DNA of 64,000 nt from Flaccisagitta enflata (Eukaryota), in the NCBI GenBank assembly GCA_965153355.1, contig OZ231126.1:30628001-30692000 (forward strand), given 5' to 3'. Position 1 is the stretch's first letter; the number at the start of each line of letters is the position of its first letter. Shown in pieces: positions 37,602 to 52,253 of the stretch. The translations under genes and the position numbers were made by a program. A model generated the notes under the pieces. That model made no database searches. It was not told the DNA's origin and worked only from the letters and a program-made list of their open reading frames with translations.

Positions 37602-38039
37602 TAAGAAATAGAGATAAGAAGAAGAGAGAGAGACAAAGAGAAAGAGAGAGAGCCGGGCGGCCTGGCTGAAATATCGTGACAATGCATTCTAGACAGTGAC
37701 AATGGACATTTTAAGGTCGGTTAGTCTGTTGGTTGGTTTGACTATTTGTCTGTCACAAATGTGCTCCTGCCCACCCGTCCGTGACTAAAGTTGCCGTGTG
37801 TCTCACCTTGTTTTGACCCTGCAGCTACAACCTGAACCAGCGGCACACCGGAGAATAACTGACCATGCTGGCCTACGTGTACTGGAACAGGAAATGCTGC
37901 TCAAATAGGAATCACAAACTGAAGAGGTTTTCTTGCAAAAATTACCTTGAGATTAAATGCTGTTGTTGATAAATGTCTTAATGTATCAGTGTATCAGAGT
38001 ATATTTTGACAATTGACCTTAATTCTTCCGTCAAACTTT

Positions 38040-38183
38040 TTTAGTCGCGGACACGCGACTCTACACCTTGCCGCGTCTGTTGGTCCGTCGGTGACATTTT
38101 TGAATTGCGAGCGGTCTTTGCATTGCACAAATTTGCTCCTGCCCAACCGTCCGCGACTGGATTGCCGTATATCCGGCCTTGTT
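38040..38183 (+). mobile_element. DINE-1/Helentron-like element copy
   Basis: TTTAGTCGCGGACACGCGACTCTACAC...CCGCGACTGGATTGCCGTATATCCGGCCTTGTT. Confidence 0.72.
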
Positions 38184-38559
38184 CTAATTCTTCAAAATTC
38201 GCATTGTAGTTTTCTTTTTGACACTGCAGGTACGACCAGAACCAATAGTGAAGCAAACAAGACTGCTGCCCGCCGTGATTGGGACGTTACGAAACGTAGT
38301 TCTGCATCTAAGGCTAATCATGGACTGAAGAGGTATTGGACCAAAATTACCGGAACAAGGGGGACTACCCGGAGTAAAGCACAAAGTATGATAAAATATC
38401 AAGGACTGACTAAGGGACAAATCCGACAACAATACAAATTCGCCAAAGGATAGAGCCCGTGCCCGCATTGATTTAAGAAAAGTATTACCTTAATCTGTGA
38501 ATGTATATAGGAGACACGATCAGTACGTCTAGTCGGTTACTGAAATTCTTTGATTTGAC

Positions 38560-40345
38560 TGCTCAAGTGGCTTCCATTTTTTGATACATGATATACTGAG
38601 CCTAAACTATAAATTTCATCATCATAGCTTGTCAAAATCAATCGCCGATTTCACTTTATTTATCATCACTCCAAGGTGGTTGTTGTAAATATGTTAAAAT
38701 TTGGTCACTTCGGGCTCGAAATTGGGCCACTTCGCTTGGGAAATTTGATTTAAAATTCATGAGATTAGCAAACTAGAGCTCAAGAACAAACCAGTGGTGC
38801 AATCCGCATGTCGCTATCATTTTTTGTTAAGATTTGAGAGCTCTTCAAAGACGGAAGGGTATGAGGGTTATTTTATCAGCTGAATTATTCGATCGATTTT
38901 GACATTTTTTACAATTTTTGATATATCTCTGCTTTGGATGGACTAATTTGGACAAAATTGGTGACCAAATTGAAGATTTTTTGATGCTCTAAATGAATCT
39001 GATAAAATTTTTGATCGATATGACCCTCAAAATTTTTGACAGACTCTAGAAGCAGGTGCTAAAAGTGATTTTTTCGCCATTTTGGGTACTTCGGTCACAC
39101 AATTTGGGCACTTCAGAGCTAGAAAAGGACACAAAATTCATGAGCAAACTAAACTACAGCTCAAGATCTAACCAGTGGTGCAATCGGCATGATTATATGT
39201 TGAGGCATATAGATTTGGCATAGCATCAAAGATCAGTGGGTATAAGAAAATGACATTTTTTGATAATTTTGGTCATTTTTGGCTCAAAATCGAGCCACTT
39301 TGCTTTAGAAATTCGACCAAAAATCCATGAGATTATAAAACTAGAGCTCAAGAGCTAACTAGTGGTGCAATCCGCATGTCGCTATCATTTTTTGTTAAGA
39401 TTTGAGAGCTCTTCAAAGATGAAGGGTATGAGGTTATTTTATCAGCTGGATATTGGTCAGTTGCAACATTTTACAATTTTTGATATATCTCTGCTTTGGA
39501 TGGATTAATTTGGACAAGAGTGGTGACCAAATTGAAGATTTTTTTTACGCTCTAAATGAATCTGATACCCAGTCGATATGACCCTCAAGAAGTGTGGAAG
39601 CTCTGTAACCAGGTGCTAAAGGATTTTAGCCATTTGGGTATGGTCACACAATTTGGGCACTTCAGGCTGAAAAGACAAAAAATCCATGAGCAAACTAAAC
39701 TACAGCTCAAGATCTAACCAGTGGTGCAATCGGCATGATTATATGTTGAAGCATATAGATTTGGCATAGCATCAAAGATCAGTGGGTATAAGAAAATGAC
39801 ATTTTTTGATAATTTTGGTCATTTTTGGCTCAAAATCGAGCCACTTTGCTTTAGAAATTTAAGCAAAAATCCATGAGATTATATAACTAGAGCTCAAGAG
39901 CTAACTAGTGGTGCAATCCGCATGTCGCTATCATTTTTTGTTAAGATTTGAGAGCTCTACAAAGATGGAAGGGTGTGAGGATTATTTTACCAAATGAATT
40001 TGGTGGTCATTTTTGACATTTTTTACAATTTTTGATATATCTCCGCTTTGGATGGACCAATTTGGACAAAATTGGTGACCAAATTGAAGATTTTTTGATG
40101 CTCTGAATGAATCTGGTATAATTTTTGATCGATATGACCCTCAAATTTTTTGAAAGACTAAAGAAGTAGGTGCTAAAAATAAAAATTTTTCGCCATTTTG
40201 GCTACTTTGGTCACACGATTTGGGCACTTCCGAGCTAGAAAAAGACAAAAAATACATGCTCAAGTGGTTTCCAATTTTTGAAATGTGATGTACTGAGCCT
40301 AGAATATCAATTTCATCATCAAAGCTTGACAAAACCAATCGCTGA
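38560..40345. repeat. Three tandem ~550-570-bp units, each with two related subunits, bracketed by an ~85-bp direct repeat
   Basis: CTAGAGCTCAAGA..AGTGGTGCAATCCGCATG at 38773, 39341 and 39887; variant CTACAGCTCAAGATCTAACCAGTGGTGCAATCGGCATG at about 39154 and 39700; GCTCAAGTGG..TACTGAGCCTA..AATCGC at about 38561 and 40258. Confidence 0.9.
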
Positions 40346-40800
40346 AATGATTCAAAAGCTTCAAAATGTAGTAAGAAATAAACTATTAAAAATACCTCTT
40401 TCTTGTAACCATTAGACACTTTGGCCGAGTCTGTACGGATGTCAGCTCAGCATTTAGACTTTTTTTCTAGCTCTATGCATTTTTTTAAACATACATGGTG
40501 TTTTTTTTATAATATTTGTCTCAATTTTGGGATATGGAGCTGCGCAATTCCCGTGCAGTTGAATTCAAAGAGTTCAGTTCTTACGAAAGGAAGCCAGTAA
40601 GGACATGAAATGCATGCATTCGGGAATGATGGAAAAAAAAAAAGATTGATCTATAAAATTTTTTACGCAGAAATGAGTAAAGTGTCCCGACCTTTTGCCT
40701 TTTCTAGAAACTGACTTTCCGTATCCTTTCTATTTCTGCTTCTTCCTCCATCTTTGTTTAAATGTATGTTCATTGCGCTTCTGTCGTGTGTGTGTGTGTG

Positions 40801-40884
<84 letters not shown>

Positions 40885-40893
40885 TTTGATCAG

Positions 40894-41289
40894 CCAAAGC
40901 CAAAGAAGCGGAAATTTTGGCTTGTCGATGCTCCGACGTCTCGTCTTTCCCGGGCGCCCACGAACAAATCCGTGCTTTTCTCTCTGTTGGAGCAGACTGA
41001 AAGTCGAATCTCCGTTACAACAGCTTGCAACGAAATCATCAACAACATCGTCAGTCCTTTCTACAAACAAGCCAGTTTACCCACCGCATCCTTGAGCACT
41101 CTGAAAGACAGAGCCAACGCGCTTTACAAGGAGCACCGACGGCTATCAAGGGACAAAGGTCACAACCCGCCTATCAAGGGTTTCGATGAAAGATGCCGTC
41201 AGTTCTACGCAGAGCTGGAAAAGGTTTTCCCGGCGCGTCCAGCTGGCGTCTTAAAACCGCATCAGGAAGAAGCTTTCAAATCGTTGGAG
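40894..41289 (+). CDS. hAT-superfamily (hATm-like) transposase, N-terminal exon with NLS-like PKPKKRK
   Basis: TTTGATCAG acceptor, then an open frame PKPKKRKFWL..PTNKSVL..FYKQASLPT..FYAELEKVF, then a GAG|GTTG donor in phase 0. A possible upstream micro-exon ATG AGT AAA lies at 40673-40681. Confidence 0.7.
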
Positions 41290-41290
41290 G

Positions 41291-41325
<35 letters not shown>

Positions 41326-41348
41326 ATCATTGTTGTTTATGTTGTTTA

Positions 41349-41379
<31 letters not shown>

Positions 41380-41439
41380 TGATGTCTTTGTTCATGTTTT
41401 TTTTTGTTTTGTTTTTTTACTCGTATTTTGGCGTGACAG

Positions 41440-41927
41440 GTGTCACAAAATGTCGCATATCTTACATTCGTCTGTACACACTTTGAAAATCAGACATCTG
41501 CTGACGCTCTGGTCCTTGGGGATGTTGACAAAGCACTGGAGGACAAAATTAACCGTCGAGAGGAGCGTGATTCAGCCGAGGCAGCTCGGCGTCAGAAGGA
41601 AGAAGATCGGGTTGCAAAAGAATCAGCGGCGGGCAAGAATTCGGGTTACCATAGTGACGGGGAAGCTGATGAAGGAGAAAGCGACGAAACCATCAAAAAC
41701 GATGCCAAGGATGCAACATACAAAGCAAGTTGGGAGGGGCACGAACGGAAGAGAAATAAAAGGATCAAACTAGATATCGATGTCAAGGAGTTGCAGGAAT
41801 CGTTTTCCGGTCGAGCGGATCACTACTTTATGTCGTCAAATGCTCGATGCAGCGTGTTCAGCGATTTTGTCGTCTCCGGTGGCGCAAATCTTAAAGAAGT
41901 TCCATGCAGTCAGTCAACGATGAGAAG
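41440..41927 (+). CDS. hAT-like transposase, middle exon
   Basis: GACAG acceptor in phase 0 (an alternative in-frame CAG lies at about 41493), a charged/acidic open frame, and an AG|GTATTC donor in phase 2 that matches the next exon. Confidence 0.7.
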
Positions 41928-42010
41928 GTATTCATATCTTCATTCTTTTTTGTTGGTTTGTCTATGACATGTGGAACAATATCCCTCACTCAATGCGAGA
42001 TCTCAGCCAA

Positions 42011-42053
<43 letters not shown>

Positions 42054-42072
42054 AAGAGAGAGAGAAATTTGA

Positions 42073-42118
<46 letters not shown>

Positions 42119-42341
42119 GACAGACAGAGAAAGACAGACAGAGAGAGAAAGACAGAGAGAGAGAGACAGAGAGAGAGAGGGACAGAAAGTGAGAGACAGA
42201 AAGAGAGAGACAGAGAGAGACAGAGACAGAGAGAGACACACACAGAAAGACAGAGAGGGGCTGAGAGACAGCGATAGAGACAAACAAGAATAAAGAATTT
42301 TTATTGACAATTGCATGTATGTTTTTTCTCATGCTGACAAG

Positions 42342-43015
42342 ACGGGGGAATGCTGCACGTGAAAAAGCGTACAAATCCGAGAGAGAGGAACTCTGCGCCG
42401 CCGTTGCAGCCGCTGAAAGAACTCTCATGGTTCATTCGGACGGGAAGAAATTGAACGAGTACGGCGATGTGGTTGAACGTCTGCCCGTGGTTCTTACTGG
42501 ATTCGAAGATGATCGAACGCGCATCTGCAAAGTCCCGACGGTGTCAAATGGGAAGGGGATCACCCTGAAAAGCACGGTACTTGCCGAACTGAGGTCGATT
42601 GGCGCCATCGAAAAACTAGCCGGTGAAGGGGGTGATACAACATCTACAGTCACCGGTGAACAGACTGGGTGTTTCGCGTTGGTAGAAAAAGAAATTGAGC
42701 GACCACTTCTCAAGTCTTTTTGTCGGCATCACGCGGTAGATCTCCTTCAGAAGACGGCGTTTAAGACCGTTTTTGGACCAACAAAGTCTCCCAAGAATGC
42801 AGAATTCGCCGACTTTCGCGATAAGTGGTCATCCCTGGATCGATCCTCGGTAACGCCGTTACGGAACAAATTTACCGCTCGCGATACAGTCATGCTTTCT
42901 GCCCTTGACGAACTCAGTAGGAGCTGCTTAGAAGTCCTCCAGGATAAAAGCGTGCGGAGCGATCGCAAAGAATTGGCGGAGCTGCACCTGGATCTCAATG
43001 GAATACCACTACCAG
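42342..43015 (+). CDS. hAT-like transposase catalytic exon; gene appears truncated downstream
   Basis: Motifs VHSDGK, ERLPV, GGDTTSTVTG, LLKSFCRHH (hAT-type CxxH) and RSDRKELAEL; donor CCAG|GTGC. No continuation carrying the third acidic residue was found. Confidence 0.82.
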
Positions 43016-43035
43016 GTGCAAAAAGAGAGAGAGAG

Positions 43036-43171
<136 letters not shown>

Positions 43172-43292
43172 AAAAAAAAAAAAAAAAAAACACAAAAAAA
43201 AAAAAAATAAATAAATTGAAATTTCAATATTACTGCAGATTGACAGTCCAATTTTCCCTCCAACAATCCTGATACTGCACATTCGAGCAGTA

Positions 43293-43760
43293 ACAGGGTG
43301 TGCAAAATTATCCGCAATTGCTTCATGGAAAGAAAACTATACTCAAAAGTGCCCCAGCGCTATGAAATTTGGACCATAGTGCCCCAGTTAATCAGACTAG
43401 AAGCTAGAATTGATTGCAACTATTTTCTGTACCCCTTGTCACTATGGGAGTTACGCTGAGGGAGGTAAATCATATCAACATGAATTGAGCTCACTTAAGC
43501 AAATAAACAAGGCCTAAAGAGCAAAAAAAAAAAAAAAAAAATAACAGAATTTCAAAATATTTTGATAAATTTTTGATAAATTTTTGATAAATTTTTGATA
43601 AATTTACCTTAAAAGTTCTCTCACTGACTTTGTGAATTTCAGTTTTGAATACTAAAAAAAATATTTTTTCATACCTACCACTCATGCTTTCAAAAATCAT
43701 TATCCTCAATGTTGTTTAAGAAAATTAAGTGCCAATTGCTGATAATTTTGCACACCCTGT
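43293..43760. mobile_element. Tc1/mariner-type MITE
   Basis: TA|ACAGGGTGTGCAAAATTATCCGCAATTG ... CAATTGCTGATAATTTTGCACACCCTGT|TA. Confidence 0.88.
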
Positions 43761-45429
43761 TAATAATTAACCCGACATACAATGACCAATCACCAACAGC
43801 CAATAACCAGCCAAAATCACCCCACTTTTGACATCCACCAACCAGACTATCAACCAACACACCTGACATGCCAAAACTAACTGCCAAAATGAACAACTGA
43901 TTCGTTAAACCAAGTTAAAAACCTTTTTCCAGACATATTCATAATTCAAGCCAACTAAACAGACCTACGTCTACAATACACCCGACAAAACTAAAAAGAA
44001 CGCCAACTTTCGAGACCCAAAACCTACTTAACTAACATACTCAAAACCAATCAACCAACTCATCTAACATACATATATTTCAGTACCATGGTATAGAATG
44101 CCGGCGATCCCATATGGTTGATTCTCGATTCTTTAACTCTAATGGTATGGTTTTTAACAACATTGCCTTTATATCTCGCTTATCTTTGGATAGCTACATC
44201 ATCATTTAGTAATTTGTCCACTATAAGTAAAAGGGATATGCTGACTGCTTTGCGTCTTCTTATTTTGGGTTGACATGGAATGTTTGAGAAAATGGTCTCA
44301 GTCAGTGGAGAAGATTTTGATTTTAAGTTGCGGGTTGCATGAGCCCTTTACACTGGGAAGATCAAATGGATGTGAGGGACTTTGGATTAGGCCCCGCCGG
44401 TTCAGCACACTCATCTGGCACTCTTTCTTGTCATTGGCACTTGTAGCAAACAGGTTAAAATTGTTGATTTTTTCTGTTTGTTAAATTATTTTTGAACAAT
44501 TTCGCGGTAATATTAAAATAGACTTGGTTGTTTTCATTAATGAGATAGTTGTGGTCAGATTAAACACCAGTGAGCTCCAAAGGCTCTCATCCTTAAGTAA
44601 AGTAGGGTTGAGTAGTAATGTTGTCCAACTTTCATACATTGTTTTCAAACCAACCGATCAAAGTCACCAAACAAAATGAACGCCAAACTGACAAAACCAA
44701 CATTTGATCGAGCCAATTTACCCAACCAACCAAACTAAGCCACTCTACCCAACCAACCCAACTAAGCCAAGTGAATCGAGCTAATCAAACCAACTGACCC
44801 AACAAACCCGACCAACGTGATCGGACTAACCAGCCTGACACTGATCTAATATATGCTTTTGTTAGGTTTAGGTAAGAAAGGAGGGGTAGTTGAAAACAGA
44901 GAGAGGAAAAATGAAGAGAGGTATCCAGGTACAGGCTGTGGACTGTCTGGGAAAGAGGAAGAAGGACATTATCTTCCCCTAACCCAGGCGTGGTTAGGCC
45001 CCATCCCACTTATCCAAGACACCAAAGAAAATGAGAGAGAAGAGTGAGAGAGTGGAAGGAAGAATCAAGAATGATCAGAAATAAGTTGAGTAGAAGAGGA
45101 GAAACATGAAGAGGAGGAGCGGACAGAGGAGTCACAGAAGTCTGGACATCAGACTGCAAAGAAACAAAGGACCAATGACAGTCAGATAACAATGGACACA
45201 GGGAAAGAGGCAGACATTCAGATACTTCAGAGTCAAAGCAAAGTACACACATGCATACATAAATCAACCATAAAACAGAGAAACAATTAAAAGCTGTACA
45301 TATTAATGCCAATGAACAAAACCGACTGACGATAAACTATTGACTAACCAACCTAACCAGCTAAAAAGACTAACCCCGTTTGCTACGCCTGTATACAAAA
45401 ACATCTCTCGCAGAGCTCTGATTAACTGC

Positions 45430-45585
45430 AGACGACGGCGTTGACGACGGTGACGACGAAGACCATTTCGAAGACTACGACGACGATGACAACGATGACG
45501 ACAAGGATTACGATACCGGGGAGAAGGAAGCGGTAATATATTGACATCAACTGGGACGACGATGACGATAACAACGACGATTACA

Positions 45586-45619
<34 letters not shown>

Positions 45620-45695
45620 TAATGACGACAACGACGACGACGATAATGATGACAACGACGACGACGATGACGATAATGACGACGACGACGACGTC
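45430..45695. repeat. Degenerate (GAC)n trinucleotide microsatellite
   Basis: Seen directly. Confidence 0.9.
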
Positions 45696-45911
45696 TAGGA
45701 AAAACATGTTGGTGAAGACTAGGTGGTAAAACAGGTACGACAAGCCGTAAATGGAATCCGGGCCTTTATATCATTTCAATGAAGTTTTTCTTATTTTTCT
45801 TTCGAAACTTTCTTAAACTTTTCTTTGGACGAGTTTCTTCGATCTTTTCTCCCATTTCATTTAAAATCGACATCACAAGTTTGAAAAAAAAAAGAAAAAA
45901 AAGTTAAAACT

Positions 45912-45961
<50 letters not shown>

Positions 45962-46029
45962 CTCTCTAGAGACAGATGGACGAACTGACAGATGGACGAA
46001 CTGACTGATGAACGACTGAGTAGTAAAGG

Positions 46030-46222
46030 AGGCTCTCAAAATATGTTTGTCGATCATTTGATTCAGTAGAGGATCTCACCGAGGCCTAAAATAGCCGAAA
46101 AACGCGATTTCCAAGAAAGCGTAACGGACGGACCGACCGACCGACGGACCGACCGACGGACGGACGGACGGACGGACGGACGGACGGACCCTCTTATAGA
46201 GATGCGAGGACGCATCTAAAAA
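46030..46222 (-). mobile_element. Second DINE-1/Helentron-like family (hairpin AGATGCGAGGACGCATCT)
   Basis: (GACG/GACC)n then CTCTTATAGAGATGCGAGGACGCATCTAAAA. Related copies lie at about 3795-4047, 47270-47298 and 49355-49420. Confidence 0.65.
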
Positions 46223-46241
46223 AGAAAAAAAAGTTAAAACT

Positions 46242-46422
<181 letters not shown>

Positions 46423-47997
46423 GGTATTTTCTACGACGATTGTCGATGAAATGAAGCACATAATTAAGTCTTTTTTATATAATTACCTCTACGTCAGAGT
46501 TCATAAAAGAAAAGAAGTGTTACGGAATTGTCAACAGAAAAAAAAAAAACGACGTACGTGTGCCATGGCCCATGCCAACGAATCAGAACTCTGGAATATT
46601 ACAAAGAGAGTATTTGATCATAATTATTTTCGTCGCCTTGTTAATGTTTAAATAAGGAAATTGATTCATTCTTCGCGACAACGTAACGAAACTAACGAAA
46701 CTAACGATCTACCGGGTTCATTGCCCTTAACTGCTGCACGATGGCGAGATTAAATGTATTCCGCACGCTCGCGCTTCTCGCCCGACGCTTTTTTTTACTC
46801 GTTGTATAAGCCGACTTACGCACTTGCGTATTCATTGTGTTACCGATGTAACAAGGCCAAGTAGGCCAACGATGCCTCCTCTTTGAATGAATGTTTTTTT
46901 TTAATGAATGTTTTTTAATATGAATGAATGTTTTTTTTTATGAATAAATGTCATTTATGACTGAATAGATGATTTATTGAATGATTTAGTAGATGTATGC
47001 TTCTTGTACTGGGTCAGGACCACTTTTCTGTTAAAACGAGGCCAAGTAGGTCAATAAGGTGCGACGTGTGGATCGTCGAACAAATGCCTTACCCCACAGA
47101 CAGACCGACAGACCGACGGACCAACGGACACAGCCAGTTATAGAGGTGCTTTGTCGCACCTAAAAAACTATGGCAAAAAAGAAAAAAAACAAAAAACAAA
47201 AACATCAGAATACCCGATGTACGTGCAAGATTAGCACGGTCGGTCCAACGTACAAACAGTGACATCCTATTATAGAGATGCGAGGACGCATCTAAAAAGA
47301 TCTTCCTCGGTCGTTTAATTAGCTAATTTGCGCAAATACGACCTCATTTTGCTATATATAATAAGCTCGTGAGCTGGGGGAAAAAAGTGGTCATAATGAA
47401 TAGCTTTTGCAACGTGAAGTCAGTAAAACCCAAATACTTTAAACATTTCAAATCGAGAGCAGAAGCAGAAACTCTTGGCCTAACATTAATTCGGCTCAGA
47501 AATGACAAACGATTGTAGACATAGAATAACTGACTGCTCTTCATGACTGCTTGTCTGGCTCATAGACAAATGACATTAAGATTAATGTTTAGCTTACATT
47601 CCTTAATGCTGGAGTGGCGAGAGGTTTTGCAAACGCAAATGACACTACTGGAGATGAGATTCAGGGAGCCATCGATTCAACTTAAACCCATTTACGTTTT
47701 AACAAGAATTCTTATTTCATAACGAGTTTTTTTATGCGTCCTCGTATCTCCATGCGAGGGTGTATCCGTTGATAATGCGAACAATTTCCGGCATTAGTTT
47801 CTTTACCTCTCATCTTTCTTTACCTTGTTTCATAATGCAACCGACTGATAAATGCTGATAAATGCTGATAAATGCTTTGACTGATTTACGATCAAAATGA
47901 ACCGAAATCCATAACAGCGCGATTTTTGGGTCGATTACTGATAAGAATGCCAAATTTGAAATCAAACGAGATTAAAGAGATGAAGGATTCGGAAGAT

Positions 47998-48244
47998 TTT
48001 TAGTTGCGGACACGCAACTCTATAAAAGGCTTTGTCCGTCCATCGGTCCGTCTGTCGGTCCGTCCATTGGTCCGTTGGTCTGTGAACACGAGTCGAAAAG
48101 TGCAAAAACGAGCGTTTAAGATGCTTTTGGTGTATGTGTCTGTGTTGAAAATGGGGGCTGGGTGGGGCGTTGGGTGTGGAGTGGGGTTGGCTGCCCCTGC
48201 TGCCCACCCGTCTGCAACGATATTGTGACCCCGCGTCACTTGTT
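47998..48244 (+). mobile_element. DINE-1/Helentron-like element copy
   Basis: TTTTAGTTGCGGACACGCAACTCTATA...GCCCACCCGTCTGCAACGATATTGTGACCCCGCGTCACTTGTT; a sister copy lies at 52419-52654. Confidence 0.7.
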
Positions 48245-48341
48245 TGCCAAGCTTTTAGCGGGAAAACTCTTGTAATGTATGGCATTTGTCGGATAGTCAA
48301 AATTCGAAAAATGTGAGTGTGTGGTCGCTCTTAAATACAAC

Positions 48342-48400
<59 letters not shown>

Positions 48401-48544
48401 CCCCTATGTCCTTCCCTTTTCCCCTCTTTGCTTTCCCTCCTCCAAACGTGGTTTCTCACGGAAATCCTTGAAATTGTTTTTCTCAACATCTTTTTTTTTG
48501 TCGGAAGAAAACTGGAAACTACATGTACTCAACTACTCAAAACA

Positions 48545-48642
<98 letters not shown>

Positions 48643-49942
48643 CCTTCCCGTTGTTCTTGCATACATTGAGACCAGTGCCGCCAAGAAACATGTTTTTGCA
48701 CTTGAAAGCTCTCTCATATTTATTTTTGCTCGAAAACATTTGAAAAACGAAAGTGAGCTCCTATTGATAAGCAGCAACTTCCATTCGTCCGCGTTTTTAT
48801 CCATCGTAAACGCATCATTTTTGTCAGTTTCACAGCTGTCATTAGGCATGAAAGTTTAGTACGGTGGATATCAGCTACGAGTGCGACGGTTGGGTTACAG
48901 GTTTTCTGCTATGATTTCTTCATTTTTGGATATGCCAATGTGCGATTCTTAATGGGGAACCCCTCTAGCGAGCACCCGTCACCCCTGGGGCTGGATGACA
49001 AGAATTTGTCTAAAAACATAGTCTATAAACGTAGGTTGTTTTCAACCAAGGGTTGAAAAGAGAATGAAAAAATTGATTCATGTAGGTTAATAAAATCAAT
49101 GATATCAACCAAAAATACATGAGACAATAATCTATTATTAGTTAAATGTATTCTAACACATTTTACGATGTACTTATTGATGTTAGAAATTACACCTATG
49201 CGTAATTGTACAAAATCATAATTAACTGCAATATGCAAATGAGCTTTTTGACAATCGTGAACACACATAGGCGTTTAAATGCGATTGCAACTATTGTAAC
49301 TTACTTAAATGATATATTCATTATAATTACATGTTAAGCATATCATTTTCTTTTAAGATGCTTGAATCTGGAACGCATCTCTATAAGAGAGTCTGTCTGT
49401 CTGTTTATCCATCTGTCTGTCCATTACGCCTGTGCAAAAAAAGTTTTCTTTGCTCTCTTTGGCGGCGGAGAGATCCTATATTTAGTCAGATGATCAACAA
49501 ACATGTTTTAAGAGTTTAACTTACTACTCTGTCATTTCTTCTGTCTGTTTGCCCTTCTGTCTCTAACAGGTCTCACATAATTAGTCAGAAAAGTGATATG
49601 AGCAATATAGAAAGTAAATCTGCCCTCAGCACAATGAAATTTGATATGGAGATGGTAAAAACCAACTATTTGACGTAGAAAAACAATATCGGCAACTTTC
49701 ATGGCAGGGGTGTAATTAGTTCCACAACCTTTGATAATTCCCCCCCCCTGCCTTTGATTTTCTTCTCTGCGATGCAGCGCGTCATGTTACCAAGTCAATG
49801 ATCTTCTTCCCCATAAAGCAATAAAACAGTATGTTCAAGGTTGAGATAGTGTTAAATTGTGTTCTACTCGTCATGTTCTATGATTTGCCACTGCCAATAG
49901 TTATACTTTCGATAAATTTTCTTTCTTTTTTCTTTTTTCCTT

Positions 49943-50036
<94 letters not shown>

Positions 50037-50098
50037 CTCTCCCTCTCAGCATTTACAACTTTTTTCCTGCGGCGATTAGCCGCCTTTATTGGTAAAGG

Positions 50099-50185
<87 letters not shown>

Positions 50186-51265
50186 CCATCCGTCAGTCTA
50201 TAGGCCTGAAACTGGGTTTTGAGATCCAAATAAGAAAATTGCCGCGCATCCCGAGCAAACCTGAAAAAAACTGTCTGTCCCCTTATTACTTTTTTGGCAT
50301 TTTTAAGCCTTTTGGGCTCACAGCTCCTTTCCAAATGTCATTCTAAGTCCTAAGTCATTTTAAGTCATATTAAGTTATATTAAGTCACTTTATTCAATCA
50401 GGTCTATTCAGTCATTTACATCATTTTAAGTTTTTTTAAGTCATTTTAAGTTTTTTTAAGTCATTTCAAGTCATTTTAAGTCATTTTAAGTCATCTTAAG
50501 CTATTTATGTCCTGCATGCGACTTATAATACCTAGGACAAAAGTATTGCAACACTTAGGGCATTCGTGCATTAGTTCATTTAATCATAAATACAATGCAA
50601 GATAAGTCAATTCAAGCAAATACATGTTTCATGTGTCCAAACATGAAAGCAGCATCAAGTTTTCGTGCTGAACTAAAGTGTAAAAATTTTTTAACATTAA
50701 AGATCGATCCCAGGCTTACACATCAATGTGTCTGGAAATACCAAGCAGATAAACACAACTTCGTCCAATTCTTTTTTAGCTATAGGTGTAAAGGTTAACA
50801 TTTAAGGATAAGTCAATCTGATCAAAAGACCATGTATAAATGTGAGCAATTTGACATACAAGAGCGTTCTTTCTACATTTCTTTCCTTCCTTCTCTCCTT
50901 TCTTCTTTCCTTCCATCCTTCTTTCCATCCTTCCATCCTTCCTCCCATTCTCACTTCCTTCAATTCTTTCATCCTTCCTTCCTTCCATCCATTCATCCTT
51001 CCATCCTTCCCTCTATCCCTCCTTACATCCTTCCTACCATCCTTCTTTCATTCTTCCCTCCTACCTTCCTTACTTTCTTCTCTCTTTTTAGTCACGGACA
51101 CGCGACTCTACACCTTGCCGTGTCGGTCAGTCGGTCGGTCGGTAGATCGGTCCATCCATCACATTTTTGAATTCCGAGCGATTTTCGCATTACTGCTCCT
51201 GCCCAACCGTCTGCGACCGGATTGCTGTGTATCCATCCTTGTTTTTTCTCTCTTCTTCTTCTTCT

Positions 51266-51322
<57 letters not shown>

Positions 51323-51337
51323 TCTTCTTCTTCTTCC

Positions 51338-51381
<44 letters not shown>

Positions 51382-51523
51382 TTCTGCTTCTAAATCTAGC
51401 TATGATACATGTGACCACTGACCAGTCATTTAGAATTACCAAAATGTCCATGCATCGTTACTTGATCCGACGACGATCTTCCGTAGAAGGTAAATTTCAT
51501 TAGAATTGCGTGGCAACAACAAT

Positions 51524-51572
<49 letters not shown>

Positions 51573-52206
51573 GCAACAACAACAACCTTATCCCCTTCCA
51601 CACACACCTACATACAAAACCACACCCACACACTCACACACACTGCACTCAATAATAACTGCATGTTTTTTGCATTTTCACCTGAAAACGTGACCAGCCA
51701 AGAGGTGGACCAACAGATGGACAGACAGAGCCCCTTACATAGAGGTGCATGTCCTCAACAAAAAAAGAAATGTTTCAGCAGATAAGGAAGCTAAATAGGT
51801 TTCATGACAATGTTATTGACACATTGTACGAAGAAAATAGTTGGTAAACAACAAAATGACATTAACCAAATGGTCGATCCGCCTCCCATTGGTTTAACAT
51901 GGGTTTTTCCTCTTCCTCCTTGGCGAAAAGGCTAAATCCAAGGGCAGGGGCAAGGGTCTCGCTAGGTAGGTTCCCGACTATTTTCATGGGGTTTCTGGGT
52001 TTAAACCTCTAGATTATTTCACTTAGACAGCCTGTGCAAACCGGTTCAAGAATCCCTGCATAATTTTCATCCCTACTGTCATTTGCGTTTTTTGTTCGGT
52101 CGCAGCCAGTTTTCATGCCAATTAATTGTTGTTCTTGTGGTTGCTGTTGTTGTTGTTGTTGTTATTGTTGTTGTTGTTGTTGTTGTGGTTGTGGTTGTGG
52201 TTGTGG

Positions 52207-52253
<47 letters not shown>

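Noticed and set aside
44860-45300. Possible solo LTR (TGTTAGG...TGTACA)
   Set aside because: No matching TSD and no second copy in the window.
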